Below are positions 1 to 9,280 of a DNA stretch of 32,000 nucleotides, piece by piece. The notes beneath the pieces are model-generated. The model did no database searches and had not been told where the DNA came from. It saw only the letters and a list, made by a program, of their open reading frames with translations. The translations under genes and the position numbers were made by a program. The number at the start of each line of letters is the position of its first letter. Position 1 is the first letter of the stretch. This DNA comes from Wigglesworthia glossinidia endosymbiont of Glossina morsitans morsitans (Yale colony) (lineage in GTDB: Bacteria; Pseudomonadota; Gammaproteobacteria; Enterobacterales; Enterobacteriaceae): assembly GCF_000247565.1 (NCBI RefSeq), contig NC_016893.1, positions 510,001-542,000 on the forward strand, written 5' to 3'.

Positions 1-691
1 CAAATGATAATGCAATAGATATATCTGTAATACCTAAAAAACCGTATCTAAATCCATTTACCATGTATACAATAGGATTAAAGCGGGAAATATTTTGCCA
101 AAAAATAGGAAGTAGTTTTAATGAGTAAAATACTCCGCCTAAGTATGTGAGAGGTGTTAAAATAAAAGTTGGTATCATGCTAATATCGTCAAAATTTTTA
201 GCAAATATTCCATTAAGCAATCCAGCAAGAGAAAAAAGAACAGCGGTTAATATTAGCACCAAAATGGTAATAGTCCATTGCTGAATGTGTATAGATAAAA
301 AAAATAATGATACTATACTGACTAATGATCCTACAAAAATTGCTCGAATTACTCCGCCTCCTATATATCCGATAATAATAATATATGCTGGAACTGGAGC
401 AACAAGAAGTTCTTCAATATTTTTTTGAAATTTTGCACTAAAAAAAGAAGATGCAACATTATTATATGCATTGGTTATTACAGACATCATAATCATTCCA
501 GGTACAATAAATTCCATATAGGAAAATCCTTCTATTTTCCCGATTTTAGAACCAATTAAATTTCCAAAAATAATAAAATACAATATTATTGTAATTACTG
601 GAGGCACCAAAGTTTGGCCCCAAATTCTGGTAAATCGTGTTATTTCTTTATATAAAATGCTTTTTAATGCAATTAAGTATGATTGTTTCAT
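1..691 (-). CDS. yadH: ABC-2 type transporter permease, partial (C-terminus runs off the window start)
   Basis: My own reverse-strand translation from ATG (complement of 689-691) reads MKQSYLIALKSILYKEITRFTRIWGQTLVPPVITIILYFIIFGNLIGSKIG...FSLAGLLNGIFAKNFDDISMIPTFILTPLTYLGGVFYS. This is nearly collinear with E. coli YadH as I remember it. It lies 17 nt downstream of the yadG stop, as in the E. coli yadG-yadH pair. It is not in the supplied ORF track because it is open at the window edge. Confidence 0.85.
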   Translation of the reverse strand, partial: MKQSYLIALKSILYKEITRFTRIWGQTLVPPVITIILYFIIFGNLIGSKIGKIEGFSYMEFIVPGMIMMSVITNAYNNVASSFFSAKFQKNIEELLVAPVPAYIIIIGYIGGGVIRAIFVGSLVSIVSLFFLSIHIQQWTITILVLILTAVLFSLAGLLNGIFAKNFDDISMIPTFILTPLTYLGGVFYSLKLLPIFWQNISRFNPIVYMVNGFRYGFLGITDISIALSF

Positions 692-708
692 ATTTTTTCC
701 ATAAATAC

Positions 709-1617
709 TTAATTTGATACTAAATGTAAAAATAATTCTTCTAATCGATTACTTTTATTTCGCATACTTATAACTTGAATATTTTTTGAATTTAATTGTA
801 AAAAAAGATCATTTAATCCTTGATTTTTTTTTACTTCGACTTCTAGTAGAAAATTGTTCAAAATTTTAAAAGAATATCTATTCAATTTTATATTTGATAT
901 ATTAGATGAAACGTCTAATATAAATTTTTCAGATTGTATTTTTGACAATAAGTTTTTAATTGAAGTATTTTCTATTAATATTCCTAATCTCATTATTCCA
1001 ATATGACGACATAGTATTTCTGCTTCTTCAAAATAATGCGTAGTTAATATTATAGTTTTTCCATTTTTATTAAAATTTATTAACAAACTCCAGATTAATC
1101 TTCTAATTTCTATATCTACTCCTGCTGTTGGTTCATCAAGAATTAACAATTTTGGTTCGTGTATTAGAGCGCGTGCAATCATTAATCGACGTTTCATCCC
1201 TCCAGATAACGTCCGTGCTGGTTTGTTTCTATAATCCCATAAATCTAATTGACTTAAGTATTTTTTTGCACGTATAATTGCAATATTTTTTTTAATACCA
1301 TAATACCCTGCTTGATTAACAATAATTTGTTTAATAGTTTCAAATGGACTAAAATTAAATTCTTGAGGTACAAGTCCAATCTTTCTTTTATAAGAAAATG
1401 GATTTTGATCTATATCTTCTCCAAAGATTTTTACTATACCTGAACTTTTTTTTATTAAACTACTTATTATTCCTATAATTGTAGATTTTCCGGCACCATT
1501 AGGACCTAGTAAAGCATAAAAATCCCCGACTTTTACTGTTAAATCAATTGATTCGATAGCGCAAAATTTTTTGTTGTATATTTTTTTTAATTTTTTTAAC
1601 TCTAATGCATATTTCAT
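709..1617 (-). CDS. yadG: ABC transporter ATP-binding protein (ABC-2 exporter ATPase)
   Basis: Walker A is LLGPNGAGKST, the ABC signature is LSGGMKRR, and Walker B is LLILDEPTAGVD. It is collinear with E. coli YadG. The ORF is open to 1644, but the ortholog alignment (MTIALELQQLKK vs MKYALELKKLKK) favours the ATG at 1617. Confidence 0.9.
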   Translation of the reverse strand: MKYALELKKLKKIYNKKFCAIESIDLTVKVGDFYALLGPNGAGKSTIIGIISSLIKKSSGIVKIFGEDIDQNPFSYKRKIGLVPQEFNFSPFETIKQIIVNQAGYYGIKKNIAIIRAKKYLSQLDLWDYRNKPARTLSGGMKRRLMIARALIHEPKLLILDEPTAGVDIEIRRLIWSLLINFNKNGKTIILTTHYFEEAEILCRHIGIMRLGILIENTSIKNLLSKIQSEKFILDVSSNISNIKLNRYSFKILNNFLLEVEVKKNQGLNDLFLQLNSKNIQVISMRNKSNRLEELFLHLVSN

Positions 1618-1832
1618 ATTTAATAATTTTAAATATTTTTTCAAAATTAAAATGAATTTTTAATATTTCGTAGATTAATAGTATGTATTCTAATCTTTTA
1701 AAAAGATACGCTTTATCTTTTAAAAATAACATTTAAAGAAATAATTTGTGTTAAAATTTTATTTTCATCAAATAATCTTTAGTAAAAAAATTTATATGCA
1801 TAGATTGATTTTGAAAAATCTGAAAATATACG

Positions 1833-2048
1833 CTATTTTGTAGAAATAATTTTGTTAAATCTTGTATGAAACTTATTTACTCTTCCTCTTGTATTTAAAA
1901 TACGCTGTGTTCCGGTGTAAAATGGATGACATTTACTGCATACATCTAGGTGTATACTTTTTTTTAAAGTAGATATTATTTCAAATGAGTTCCCGCATGT
2001 ACATGTTGCATAAATTTTTAAACATTGTGGATGAATATTTTTTTTCAT
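1833..2048 (-). CDS. rpmE: 50S ribosomal protein L31, zinc-ribbon (Cys-containing) form
   Basis: MKKNIHPQCLKIYATCTCGNSFEIISTLKKSIHLDVCSKCHPFYTGTQR matches E. coli L31 (MKKDIHPKY...CSCG...DVCSKCHPFFTGKQR). The track ORF extends to 2120, but the conserved N-terminus starts at the ATG at 2048. Confidence 0.92.
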   Translation of the reverse strand: MKKNIHPQCLKIYATCTCGNSFEIISTLKKSIHLDVCSKCHPFYTGTQRILNTRGRVNKFHTRFNKIISTK

Positions 2049-2808
2049 ATTAAATATTTGTTTTTTATTTGTTTTAGAAGTATTTCTAATAATTATTAGA
2101 TGAATATTACAAATATACAAAATATTTTAAATATATGCAAATAAAACTTTATAAGTAATAAATTTAAAGTATTTAAATTAAAAATTTTATAATTAAATTT
2201 TAATTTTATTTATTTTAAATAATATATTTACTTTTATTTTAAATAAAATATAAATTTAAAATTATTTTACTGAATTTATATTTAGTTAATAGCTTATTTT
2301 TTAAATTTTATATTTCATAAATCAAATATATACTACAAAATTTAATTTATATTTTATTATAATTCATAAAAAAATAAGTTTTGTATTATAAATTTAATAT
2401 GATACAATAATACTGTATTTAAAATTAACTTTCATATAATAATTTTTTCTCGATAATTTTATGTAAATATATTTATCATTAATATATATAAATTTTAAAA
2501 AATATAATACTTACTACTATTATAATAAAAACAGTAGATTTAAAAAATTTTAAAAATTAACATTGATTAATGTATTTAAAAAAAATTATTTTTAATATAG
2601 AATAAAAAATTTTAATTTTTATTTAATGATTAAAAAATATGGTTTTAATATGCTTGAAATTTATATTTCAATAAAAAATTTAAAATTGTTCTAATATCAA
2701 ATAAAAATAATTTCTTTAAACAATTATAAATTACACTGTTTATGTATAGTTTTCAAAATAAAATTCAATTTATAATAAACAATTAACAAAACTAAATTTT
2801 ATAATACT

Positions 2809-3114
2809 GTGGTAAATAAAGATTATATATATTGTCAAAAATTTATCAAAAAAAGACAAAAAAAAAGAAAACATACAAATTTAACTTTTTTTCAATCACC
2901 ATTAATCGTAACTATATTAGCTTTTTTTATTTCTTTTTTTGTTATTATTTGTTTTACTTTATCTAACATGCATCACAATAACGAAAAAAATAAAGAAATT
3001 TCGTTTATTAAAAATAATGTCAAAAAATTGCCTCCAAAACCAAAAATCCGTTGGTATTATATTAAAGAATTAGAAAATTTGCATCTTTTAATTTTTTTTA
3101 AAACAAAAACATAA
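2809..3114 (+). CDS. ftsN: Cell-division protein FtsN, naturally truncated to 101 aa (cytoplasmic tail, TM segment and essential periplasmic helix; no Q-rich linker or SPOR domain)
   Basis: GTG start. The N-terminus MVNKDY aligns with E. coli MAQRDY and is followed by the basic patch KKRQKKRK. The TM segment is LIVTILAFFISFFVIICFTL. LPPKPKIRWYYIKELEN aligns with E. coli LPPKPEERWRYIKELE (residues 75-90). The position immediately upstream of hslVU is syntenic with E. coli ftsN-hslV-hslU. Confidence 0.7.
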   Translation: MVNKDYIYCQKFIKKRQKKRKHTNLTFFQSPLIVTILAFFISFFVIICFTLSNMHHNNEKNKEISFIKNNVKKLPPKPKIRWYYIKELENLHLLIFFKTKT

Positions 3115-3465
3115 GTTTGATTAATTTTGTGCAAAATATGTTCGGTATAGTAAAACTTATAAACAAGTAAATTTGAATTTATATAAATAAAATTTTTTTT
3201 GTAAAACAAATGTTAAATATTATATTACTCACAATTTAGTAAATCTTAAATAAAAGATAAAACTTTTTTAAATTAAATTAGACAATGCACAAGATTTTTA
3301 ATAAAATTAACAATATCAAGCATATTACAAAAAAATACTATAATCATGTTGAATATTGTTAAAATATCTTCCTAAAGTTTTTGAAAATTTAAATATTTAC
3401 ACTACAATATGCTTTTAAACACTAGATTTTTATATTTTTTTAAAAATATTTAAGGAATTTATATT

Positions 3466-4005
3466 ATGACGACAATCGTCAGTGTACGCCGCAATAATCA
3501 CGTAGTAATTGGAGGTGACGGACAAGCAACAATAGGCAACACTATTATGAAAAATAATGTAAAAAAAGTTCGTAGATTATATAATGAAACAGTTATTGCA
3601 GGTTTTGCTGGAGGTACAGCTGATGCTTTTACTTTATTTGAATTGTTTGAGAAAAAACTACAAATACATCAAGGACATTTTTTAAAATCAGCTGTAGAAT
3701 TAGCTAAAGATTGGCGTACAGATCGCATGTTAAAAAGATTAGAAGCTTTATTAGCAGTAGCTGATCAACATATCTCTCTTATAATTACTGGACACGGAGA
3801 CGTTATACAACCAGAAAGCGATGTCATTGCAATTGGATCAGGGGGACCATATGCACAATCTGCAGCACGCGCTTTACTAGAAAATACACATCTATGTGCG
3901 CTCGATATAGTAAAAAAAGCATTAAAAATTTCTGGTGATATTTGTATATATAGCAATCACTTTTTTTCTTTTGAAGAACTCACTCCCGAAAATAAGGCTA
4001 TTTAA
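3466..4005 (+). CDS. hslV: ATP-dependent protease subunit HslV (peptidase component)
   Basis: [29 protein letters not shown] has the N-terminal Thr2 nucleophile context and is collinear with E. coli HslV. An AAGGA Shine-Dalgarno lies about 9 nt upstream. The gene is visibly GC-richer than its surroundings. Confidence 0.96.
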   Translation: MTTIVSVRRNNHVVIGGDGQATIGNTIMKNNVKKVRRLYNETVIAGFAGGTADAFTLFELFEKKLQIHQGHFLKSAVELAKDWRTDRMLKRLEALLAVADQHISLIITGHGDVIQPESDVIAIGSGGPYAQSAARALLENTHLCALDIVKKALKISGDICIYSNHFFSFEELTPENKAI

Positions 4006-4007
4006 AT

Positions 4008-5339
4008 ATGTCTAATATGACTCCAAAAAATATTGTTAAAGAACTTGACGGATATATTATCGGTCAAAATGATGCAAAAAGAGCCGTAGCGATAGCATTA
4101 CGCAATCGCTGGCGTCGCATGCGACTTGAAGACTCATTGAGATACGAAGTTACTCCAAAAAATATTTTAATGATTGGACCTACTGGAGTAGGAAAGACAG
4201 AAATTGCTCGTCGTTTAGCAAAGCTTGCAAAAGCACCTTTTATTAAGGTTGAAGCAACAAAATTTACAGAAGTTGGTTATGTCGGCAAAGAAGTAGATTC
4301 TATTATTAGAGATTTAACTGATGCTGCAGTAAAAATGATTCGACTGCAATCTATAGAAAAAAATAGATGTAGAGCAGAAGAACTAGCAGAAGAACGCGTT
4401 TTAGACGTGCTCATTCCTCCAGCTAAAAATAATTGGGGGAAAGTTGACATAAATACTGAGCCTTCAAAAACACGTCAGAATTTTAGAAAAAAATTAAAAT
4501 CTAAAGAACTAGACGATAAAGAAATAGAAATTAATCTCGCTGCAACTCCGATTGGCGTTGAAATTATGGCTCCTCCAGGAATGGAAGAAATGACGAGTCA
4601 ATTACAATCAATGTTTAAACATCTAGCAGGTCAAAAACAAAAAACAAGAAAAATAAAAATTAAAGAAGCAATAAAATTACTGATTGAAGAAGAATCTGCA
4701 AAACTTATTAATATTGAAGAAATCAAAGAAAAAGCAATAGAAGCTGTTGAACAAAACGGCATTGTATTTATAGATGAAATTGATAAAATTTGCAAAAGGG
4801 GCGAAATATCGGGCCCAGATGTATCAAGAGAAGGCGTACAAAGAGACTTATTACCTTTAGTAGAAGGTTGCACTGTATCAACTAAACATGGAATGGTAAA
4901 AACAGATCATATTTTATTTATTGCATCAGGCGCTTTTCAAGTTGCTAATCCTTCTGATTTAATTCCAGAATTGCAAGGCAGATTACCTATTCGTGTAGAA
5001 TTATCCGCGTTAACTATTGAAGATTTTGAAAGAATTTTAACTGAACCTAATGCTTCTCTTACAAGACAATACAGCGCTCTTATGGCTACAGAAGGCGTGA
5101 CCGTATTCTTTACAAAAGAAGGTATTAAAAAAATAGCAGAAGCTGCGTGTCAGGTAAATGATGCTACAGAAAATATTGGAGCGAGAAGGCTTCATACGAT
5201 TTTAGAGCGTCTTATGGAAGAAATATCATATAATGCAAGCGAATGGAATGGAAAAAAAATTAGTATTGATGCTCAATACGTAAGTAGTCATTTAGACAAA
5301 TTAGTCGCAGATGAAGATCTAAGCCGATTTATATTATAA
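4008..5339 (+). CDS. hslU: ATP-dependent protease ATPase subunit HslU (AAA+ unfoldase)
   Basis: [38 protein letters not shown]; Walker A is [15 protein letters not shown] and Walker B is VFIDEIDKI. It starts 2 nt after the hslV stop, giving an operon arrangement. Confidence 0.97.
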   Translation: MSNMTPKNIVKELDGYIIGQNDAKRAVAIALRNRWRRMRLEDSLRYEVTPKNILMIGPTGVGKTEIARRLAKLAKAPFIKVEATKFTEVGYVGKEVDSIIRDLTDAAVKMIRLQSIEKNRCRAEELAEERVLDVLIPPAKNNWGKVDINTEPSKTRQNFRKKLKSKELDDKEIEINLAATPIGVEIMAPPGMEEMTSQLQSMFKHLAGQKQKTRKIKIKEAIKLLIEEESAKLINIEEIKEKAIEAVEQNGIVFIDEIDKICKRGEISGPDVSREGVQRDLLPLVEGCTVSTKHGMVKTDHILFIASGAFQVANPSDLIPELQGRLPIRVELSALTIEDFERILTEPNASLTRQYSALMATEGVTVFFTKEGIKKIAEAACQVNDATENIGARRLHTILERLMEEISYNASEWNGKKISIDAQYVSSHLDKLVADEDLSRFIL

Positions 5340-5377
5340 TAAAATTGGTTATTTTAATGCAATATAAAAAATTAATT

Positions 5378-6541
5378 TTAATTTTTTATTCGAGATAAAC
5401 GAATCCAGCAAGATAAAATTATTATCCCTATAATACACGTAATTATTCCAAGCATAAATTGTCCGTTTTTAGAAAAAAAAGAAGATATAAATGCTATCAG
5501 ACTAGATCCAATATTTTGTACACCTCCTAACAATGCTCCAGCCGTTCCAGCCATATACTTATATGGTGCCATGGCTCCTGTAGTAGCAAGTGGAAATAAC
5601 ATTCCTGCGCCAAAAAAAAATAAACTTGCAGGTATTAAAACGGTCCAAATTTTTATTATACCCAACCATCCGGGAATCCACATAAGTATTCCAGATACAA
5701 AACAACATATTACAGCTTGCCACATCAGTGTTTTAAAAGACCGTTTACTATATCCAATATAAAAGGATCCTAAAAATATACTAGGTACAGGTAAAATAAA
5801 TAACATACTAATTTCTATGGTGTTAAATCCCATATTACTTAAAAATATCCCACTATTAGATTCAAATGCTACAATTCCAGATAAACTACTCGTTAAAATA
5901 ACTAAGTAATAATTAAATTCTTTTTTAGATAGTAAAAATTTAAATCCAATATTTTCATTTACAACATTTTTTGGTCTAGTTTCAGGCAAAATATATAATA
6001 TTAATATACTAATGATTATACTAATTAATAATAAAAATAAAAAACACATTCGCCATCCAAATACATTTGATATAATTCCTCCTAATACTGGTGCTAATAA
6101 AGGACTAATAAGAATTCCCATATTAAGAAATCCATTAGCTTTTTTTAAATCTTCATGATTTAAAAAAACATCACGCGGCAAAGTACGTGCCATTACGCCT
6201 CCTACTCCGGTGCCAAGACCTTGTATGCCACACAATAAAATCATATACCATAAAGAATTAGTAAATAAAATTAAAGTAGTAGCAAATATAAAAATAGACA
6301 TGCCTATTAAAATTACTGGTTTTCTTCCAATTCGATCTGAAAGAGGTCCGTATATAAGCTGCGAAGTTCCGTAGCATAAAAGATATCCGGCCATTAATCC
6401 TTGAATTTTTTCTTGTATTTCTCCTAAATCATAGGCAATTTTTGCAATACTAGGTACATAAATAGTTTGCGACATTTGTCCAACAGAAATTAAGAATATT
6501 AACAAAATTAGTACATATGAATTATGTAATTTTTTGATCAT
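5378..6541 (-). CDS. emrD: MFS multidrug efflux transporter, EmrD-like
   Basis: VGQMSQTIYVPSIA, YGPLSDRIGRKPVIL, GTGVGGVMARTLPRDV and LMWQAVICC match my memory of E. coli EmrD almost block for block. The hydrophobic profile fits 12 TM segments. Confidence 0.8.
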   Translation of the reverse strand: MIKKLHNSYVLILLIFLISVGQMSQTIYVPSIAKIAYDLGEIQEKIQGLMAGYLLCYGTSQLIYGPLSDRIGRKPVILIGMSIFIFATTLILFTNSLWYMILLCGIQGLGTGVGGVMARTLPRDVFLNHEDLKKANGFLNMGILISPLLAPVLGGIISNVFGWRMCFLFLLLISIIISILILYILPETRPKNVVNENIGFKFLLSKKEFNYYLVILTSSLSGIVAFESNSGIFLSNMGFNTIEISMLFILPVPSIFLGSFYIGYSKRSFKTLMWQAVICCFVSGILMWIPGWLGIIKIWTVLIPASLFFFGAGMLFPLATTGAMAPYKYMAGTAGALLGGVQNIGSSLIAFISSFFSKNGQFMLGIITCIIGIIILSCWIRLSRIKN

Positions 6542-6761
6542 ATTTTATAAAAAAGACAATAAATTATATTATCTAAATATAATAACTGATTTTTTTTATT
6601 ACTACTAATTTCTCACATACTAGAATTTAAATAAATTAAAAATTATACAAAACTTGTTCAATATAAAATCAAACAAATTTAAAACTTCATATATTCAAGT
6701 TTATAATTTTTTTAGTTCAGGATATAATAAAACAACTTAAAATTAAATTAGAGTAATAAAA

Positions 6762-7514
6762 ATGACGGAATGGATTTCTGGAAATGTAATTAAAATAAAA
6801 AATTGGACTGAAAAATTATTTAGTATTGTTTTAAATGCACCGATTTCTCCATTTATCGCCGGTCAATTTGCAAAATTAAAATTAAAAAATTCAAAAAATA
6901 TGTCGATACAACGCGCATATTCATATGTAAATGCTCCAAATAATAAAAATTTAGAATTTTATTTAGTTGAAGCGAAATCAGGTAAGTTTAGTCCTCTTTT
7001 AAGAGCACTAAAACCAGGAGAAAATATTTTAATTACAAAATATGCATCTGGATCATTTACACTTGAAACAGTGCCTTCATGTAAAAATTTGTGGATGATT
7101 GCTACGGGTACTGCGATTGGACCATATTTATCTATATTGCAATATGGAAAAAATTTAAAAAGATTTGAAAATATAATTTTAGTACATGCAGTAAGATTTT
7201 ATCAAGATCTCAGTTATTTAAAAAAAATAATGCAATTAAAAGAAATCTATAAGCAAAAACTTTTTTTTCAAAAAATAATTAGTCGTGAAAAAGTTTTTAA
7301 TACATTATATGGTCGAATACCAGAATTAATTATTAATGGAAAATTAGAAGACTCTCTTAATGTGGAAATCAATTCACAAAATAGTCACGTAATGTTATGT
7401 GGAAATCCAAATATGGTTCGTGATACTTATGAATGTTTAAATAAAAAATATTCTATGATAAAAAATTATCAAAAATCTCCAGGTCATATCACTAGTGAAT
7501 TATATTGGAAATAA
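6762..7514 (+). CDS. fpr: Ferredoxin/flavodoxin-NADP+ reductase
   Basis: MTEWISGNVIKIKNWTEKLFSIVLNAP...QRAYSYVNAPNNKNLEFYLV aligns with E. coli Fpr (MADWVTGKVTKVQNWTDALFSLTV...QRAYSYVNSPDNPDLEFYLV). Synteny with tpiA matches E. coli. Confidence 0.88.
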   Translation: MTEWISGNVIKIKNWTEKLFSIVLNAPISPFIAGQFAKLKLKNSKNMSIQRAYSYVNAPNNKNLEFYLVEAKSGKFSPLLRALKPGENILITKYASGSFTLETVPSCKNLWMIATGTAIGPYLSILQYGKNLKRFENIILVHAVRFYQDLSYLKKIMQLKEIYKQKLFFQKIISREKVFNTLYGRIPELIINGKLEDSLNVEINSQNSHVMLCGNPNMVRDTYECLNKKYSMIKNYQKSPGHITSELYWK

Positions 7515-7561
7515 TATAAAATTTTGCATATTCATTATCGATATACAATGTAAAAAGGCTA

Positions 7562-8338
7562 ATGATTAATATGAAAAAAATTCCATTTATATTGGCAAAC
7601 TGGAAATTAAACGGGAATCTTTTGTTAATAAAACAAACATTAATTAGATTAAACAAAGAGAGAAATTTTTTAAAAAAATTAAAAATTGCTATTGCTCCTC
7701 CAATAATATATTTAAGCGAAGCACAAAAATATATTTACGATAATAAAAATATTTATTTAGCCGCACAAAACGTTGATGCGCATATTTCTGGACCTTTTAC
7801 TGGAGAAATTTCGGCTTATATGTTGCAAGAATTTGGGATAAAATATGTCATTATAGGACATGCTGAACGTAGACAATTTCACTATGAAGATTATAAAGTA
7901 ATTACTAAAAAATTTTTGATTCTTAAACAATATAATTTAATACCAGTATTATGTATCGGAGAATTGTACAAAGATTATGCCAACAAAGAAATAAGAAATA
8001 TTTGTATCAAACAAATTAATCCTATTTTAGACGTTTTAGGGATTGAAAGCTTTAAAAGAACAATTATCGCGTATGAACCAATTTGGGCTATAGGTACCGG
8101 AAAAACACCATCCCCAGAATATATACAAAATGCACATTTATGCATTCGTAGTTATTTATCTCAATACGATGACAGTATTGCTAAAAATGTTGTTTTGCAA
8201 TATGGTGGTTCAGTAAATGCGAACAATGTTTTAAAAATATTATTACAGTCTGATGTAGACGGCATTTTATTAGGTAAATCGTCTATTCATTTAAATGAAT
8301 TTTTATCTATTTTACGTATTGTAAGTAATTTTTTATAA
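7562..8338 (+). CDS. tpiA: Triose-phosphate isomerase
   Basis: ANWKLNG (catalytic Lys), GHAERR (His) and [11 protein letters not shown] (Glu) are present. The start is ambiguous between the ATG at 7562 and the ATG at 7571. Confidence 0.92.
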   Translation: MINMKKIPFILANWKLNGNLLLIKQTLIRLNKERNFLKKLKIAIAPPIIYLSEAQKYIYDNKNIYLAAQNVDAHISGPFTGEISAYMLQEFGIKYVIIGHAERRQFHYEDYKVITKKFLILKQYNLIPVLCIGELYKDYANKEIRNICIKQINPILDVLGIESFKRTIIAYEPIWAIGTGKTPSPEYIQNAHLCIRSYLSQYDDSIAKNVVLQYGGSVNANNVLKILLQSDVDGILLGKSSIHLNEFLSILRIVSNFL

Positions 8339-9280
8339 CCATTTCTTACTTCTGAAGTAAAAATAAGGCGCTAATCCAGCTAAAATCATTTCTAAAATTG
8401 CAATAGGATATCCTAGTGCCCATTTTAATTCTGGCATAAATTCGAAGTTCATTCCATAACTAGAAGCTACTAATGTAGGTGGAAGAAATACTACTGAAAC
8501 TACAGAAAATATTTTTATAATTCTATTTTGTTCAATGTTAATAAAACTTATTGCAGCTTGCATTAAAAAATTAACTTTTTGAAATAAGGATTCATTATGA
8601 GGCAATAACGAATCGATATCATGCAAAACTCCTTTGGCTTGTTCTAATTGTTTAGAGGGTAAATGTATTTTTTTTACTAAAAAGTTTAACGCTCTTTGAG
8701 TGTCCATTAAACAAAGTCGCACTTTCCACCCTACATCTTCTAAAGATGCTAAAGTAGAAAGAGCATTGTCATATTCATCTCTTTGATTATCTTGCATAAT
8801 AACCATACTAAGAGTTTCTAAATCACTATAAATATTTTCTATTTCGTCTGCTAATTGTTCTATTTTTGTTTCAAATAAATCTAGTAAAACTTCATATGCA
8901 TTACCATCAATTAATGTTTGATTTCTAGTACGCATGCGATATAAGCGAAAAGCTGGAAGGTCACGCTCTCTTAAAGTATATAAACGATGGTTTCTAATTG
9001 TAAAAGCAACAGTGGAATTGCCTACATGTCCTTCGACATCTGAAAAAAAGAAAAATGAATGTATATGTAGTCCTTCTTTATCTTCAAAAAATCTAGCAGA
9101 TGCTTCGATATCTTCTAAATCTAAATATTTTGCTAAATTTTGACCTAGTTCAATTTGAATGCGGTTTCTTTCTTTTTCTGTCGGTTCAACAAGGTCAATC
9201 CATATTGCTTGTAATAAAGAAACTTGTTTTAAATTCAAACGTAATAAACGATTTTTATGTAATTGAAATGCATTAAGCAT
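8333..9280 (-). CDS. corA: Magnesium/cobalt transport protein CorA
   Basis: The [11 protein letters not shown] signature lies before the last TM segment, and the 315-aa length is typical of CorA. It overlaps the tpiA 3' end by 6 nt in convergent orientation. Confidence 0.92.
   Translation of the reverse strand: MLNAFQLHKNRLLRLNLKQVSLLQAIWIDLVEPTEKERNRIQIELGQNLAKYLDLEDIEASARFFEDKEGLHIHSFFFFSDVEGHVGNSTVAFTIRNHRLYTLRERDLPAFRLYRMRTRNQTLIDGNAYEVLLDLFETKIEQLADEIENIYSDLETLSMVIMQDNQRDEYDNALSTLASLEDVGWKVRLCLMDTQRALNFLVKKIHLPSKQLEQAKGVLHDIDSLLPHNESLFQKVNFLMQAAISFINIEQNRIIKIFSVVSVVFLPPTLVASSYGMNFEFMPELKWALGYPIAILEMILAGLAPYFYFRSKKWL

Noticed and set aside
1544-1732. A 62-aa reverse-strand ORF overlapping the 5' end of yadG.
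   Set aside because: It is out of frame with the yadG start region, has a low-complexity I/K/L/F product and shows no homology signal. It is most likely spurious.
2121-3465. A search for tRNA, sRNA, tmRNA-like or riboswitch-like elements in this and the other long spacers (9281-10637, 12290-12496, 24250-24895, 26294-26806, 28045-28393).
   Set aside because: There are no GC-enriched 70-90-nt segments with cloverleaf-compatible stems, no conserved T-loop (GTTCRA) or anticodon-arm patterns, and no recognisable leader structures. Nothing can be supported from sequence alone.
3765-4873. Antisense ORFs inside hslV (3765-3956) and hslU (4631-4873). Similar ones occur inside emrD (5571-5762), corA (8934-9143), dapF (11637-11819), recC (20799-21044, 21405-21638, 21873-22055) and asnS (25332-25619).
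   Set aside because: All are embedded in well-supported genes on the opposite strand. They have no ribosome-binding sites or recognisable motifs and have composition-driven sequences.
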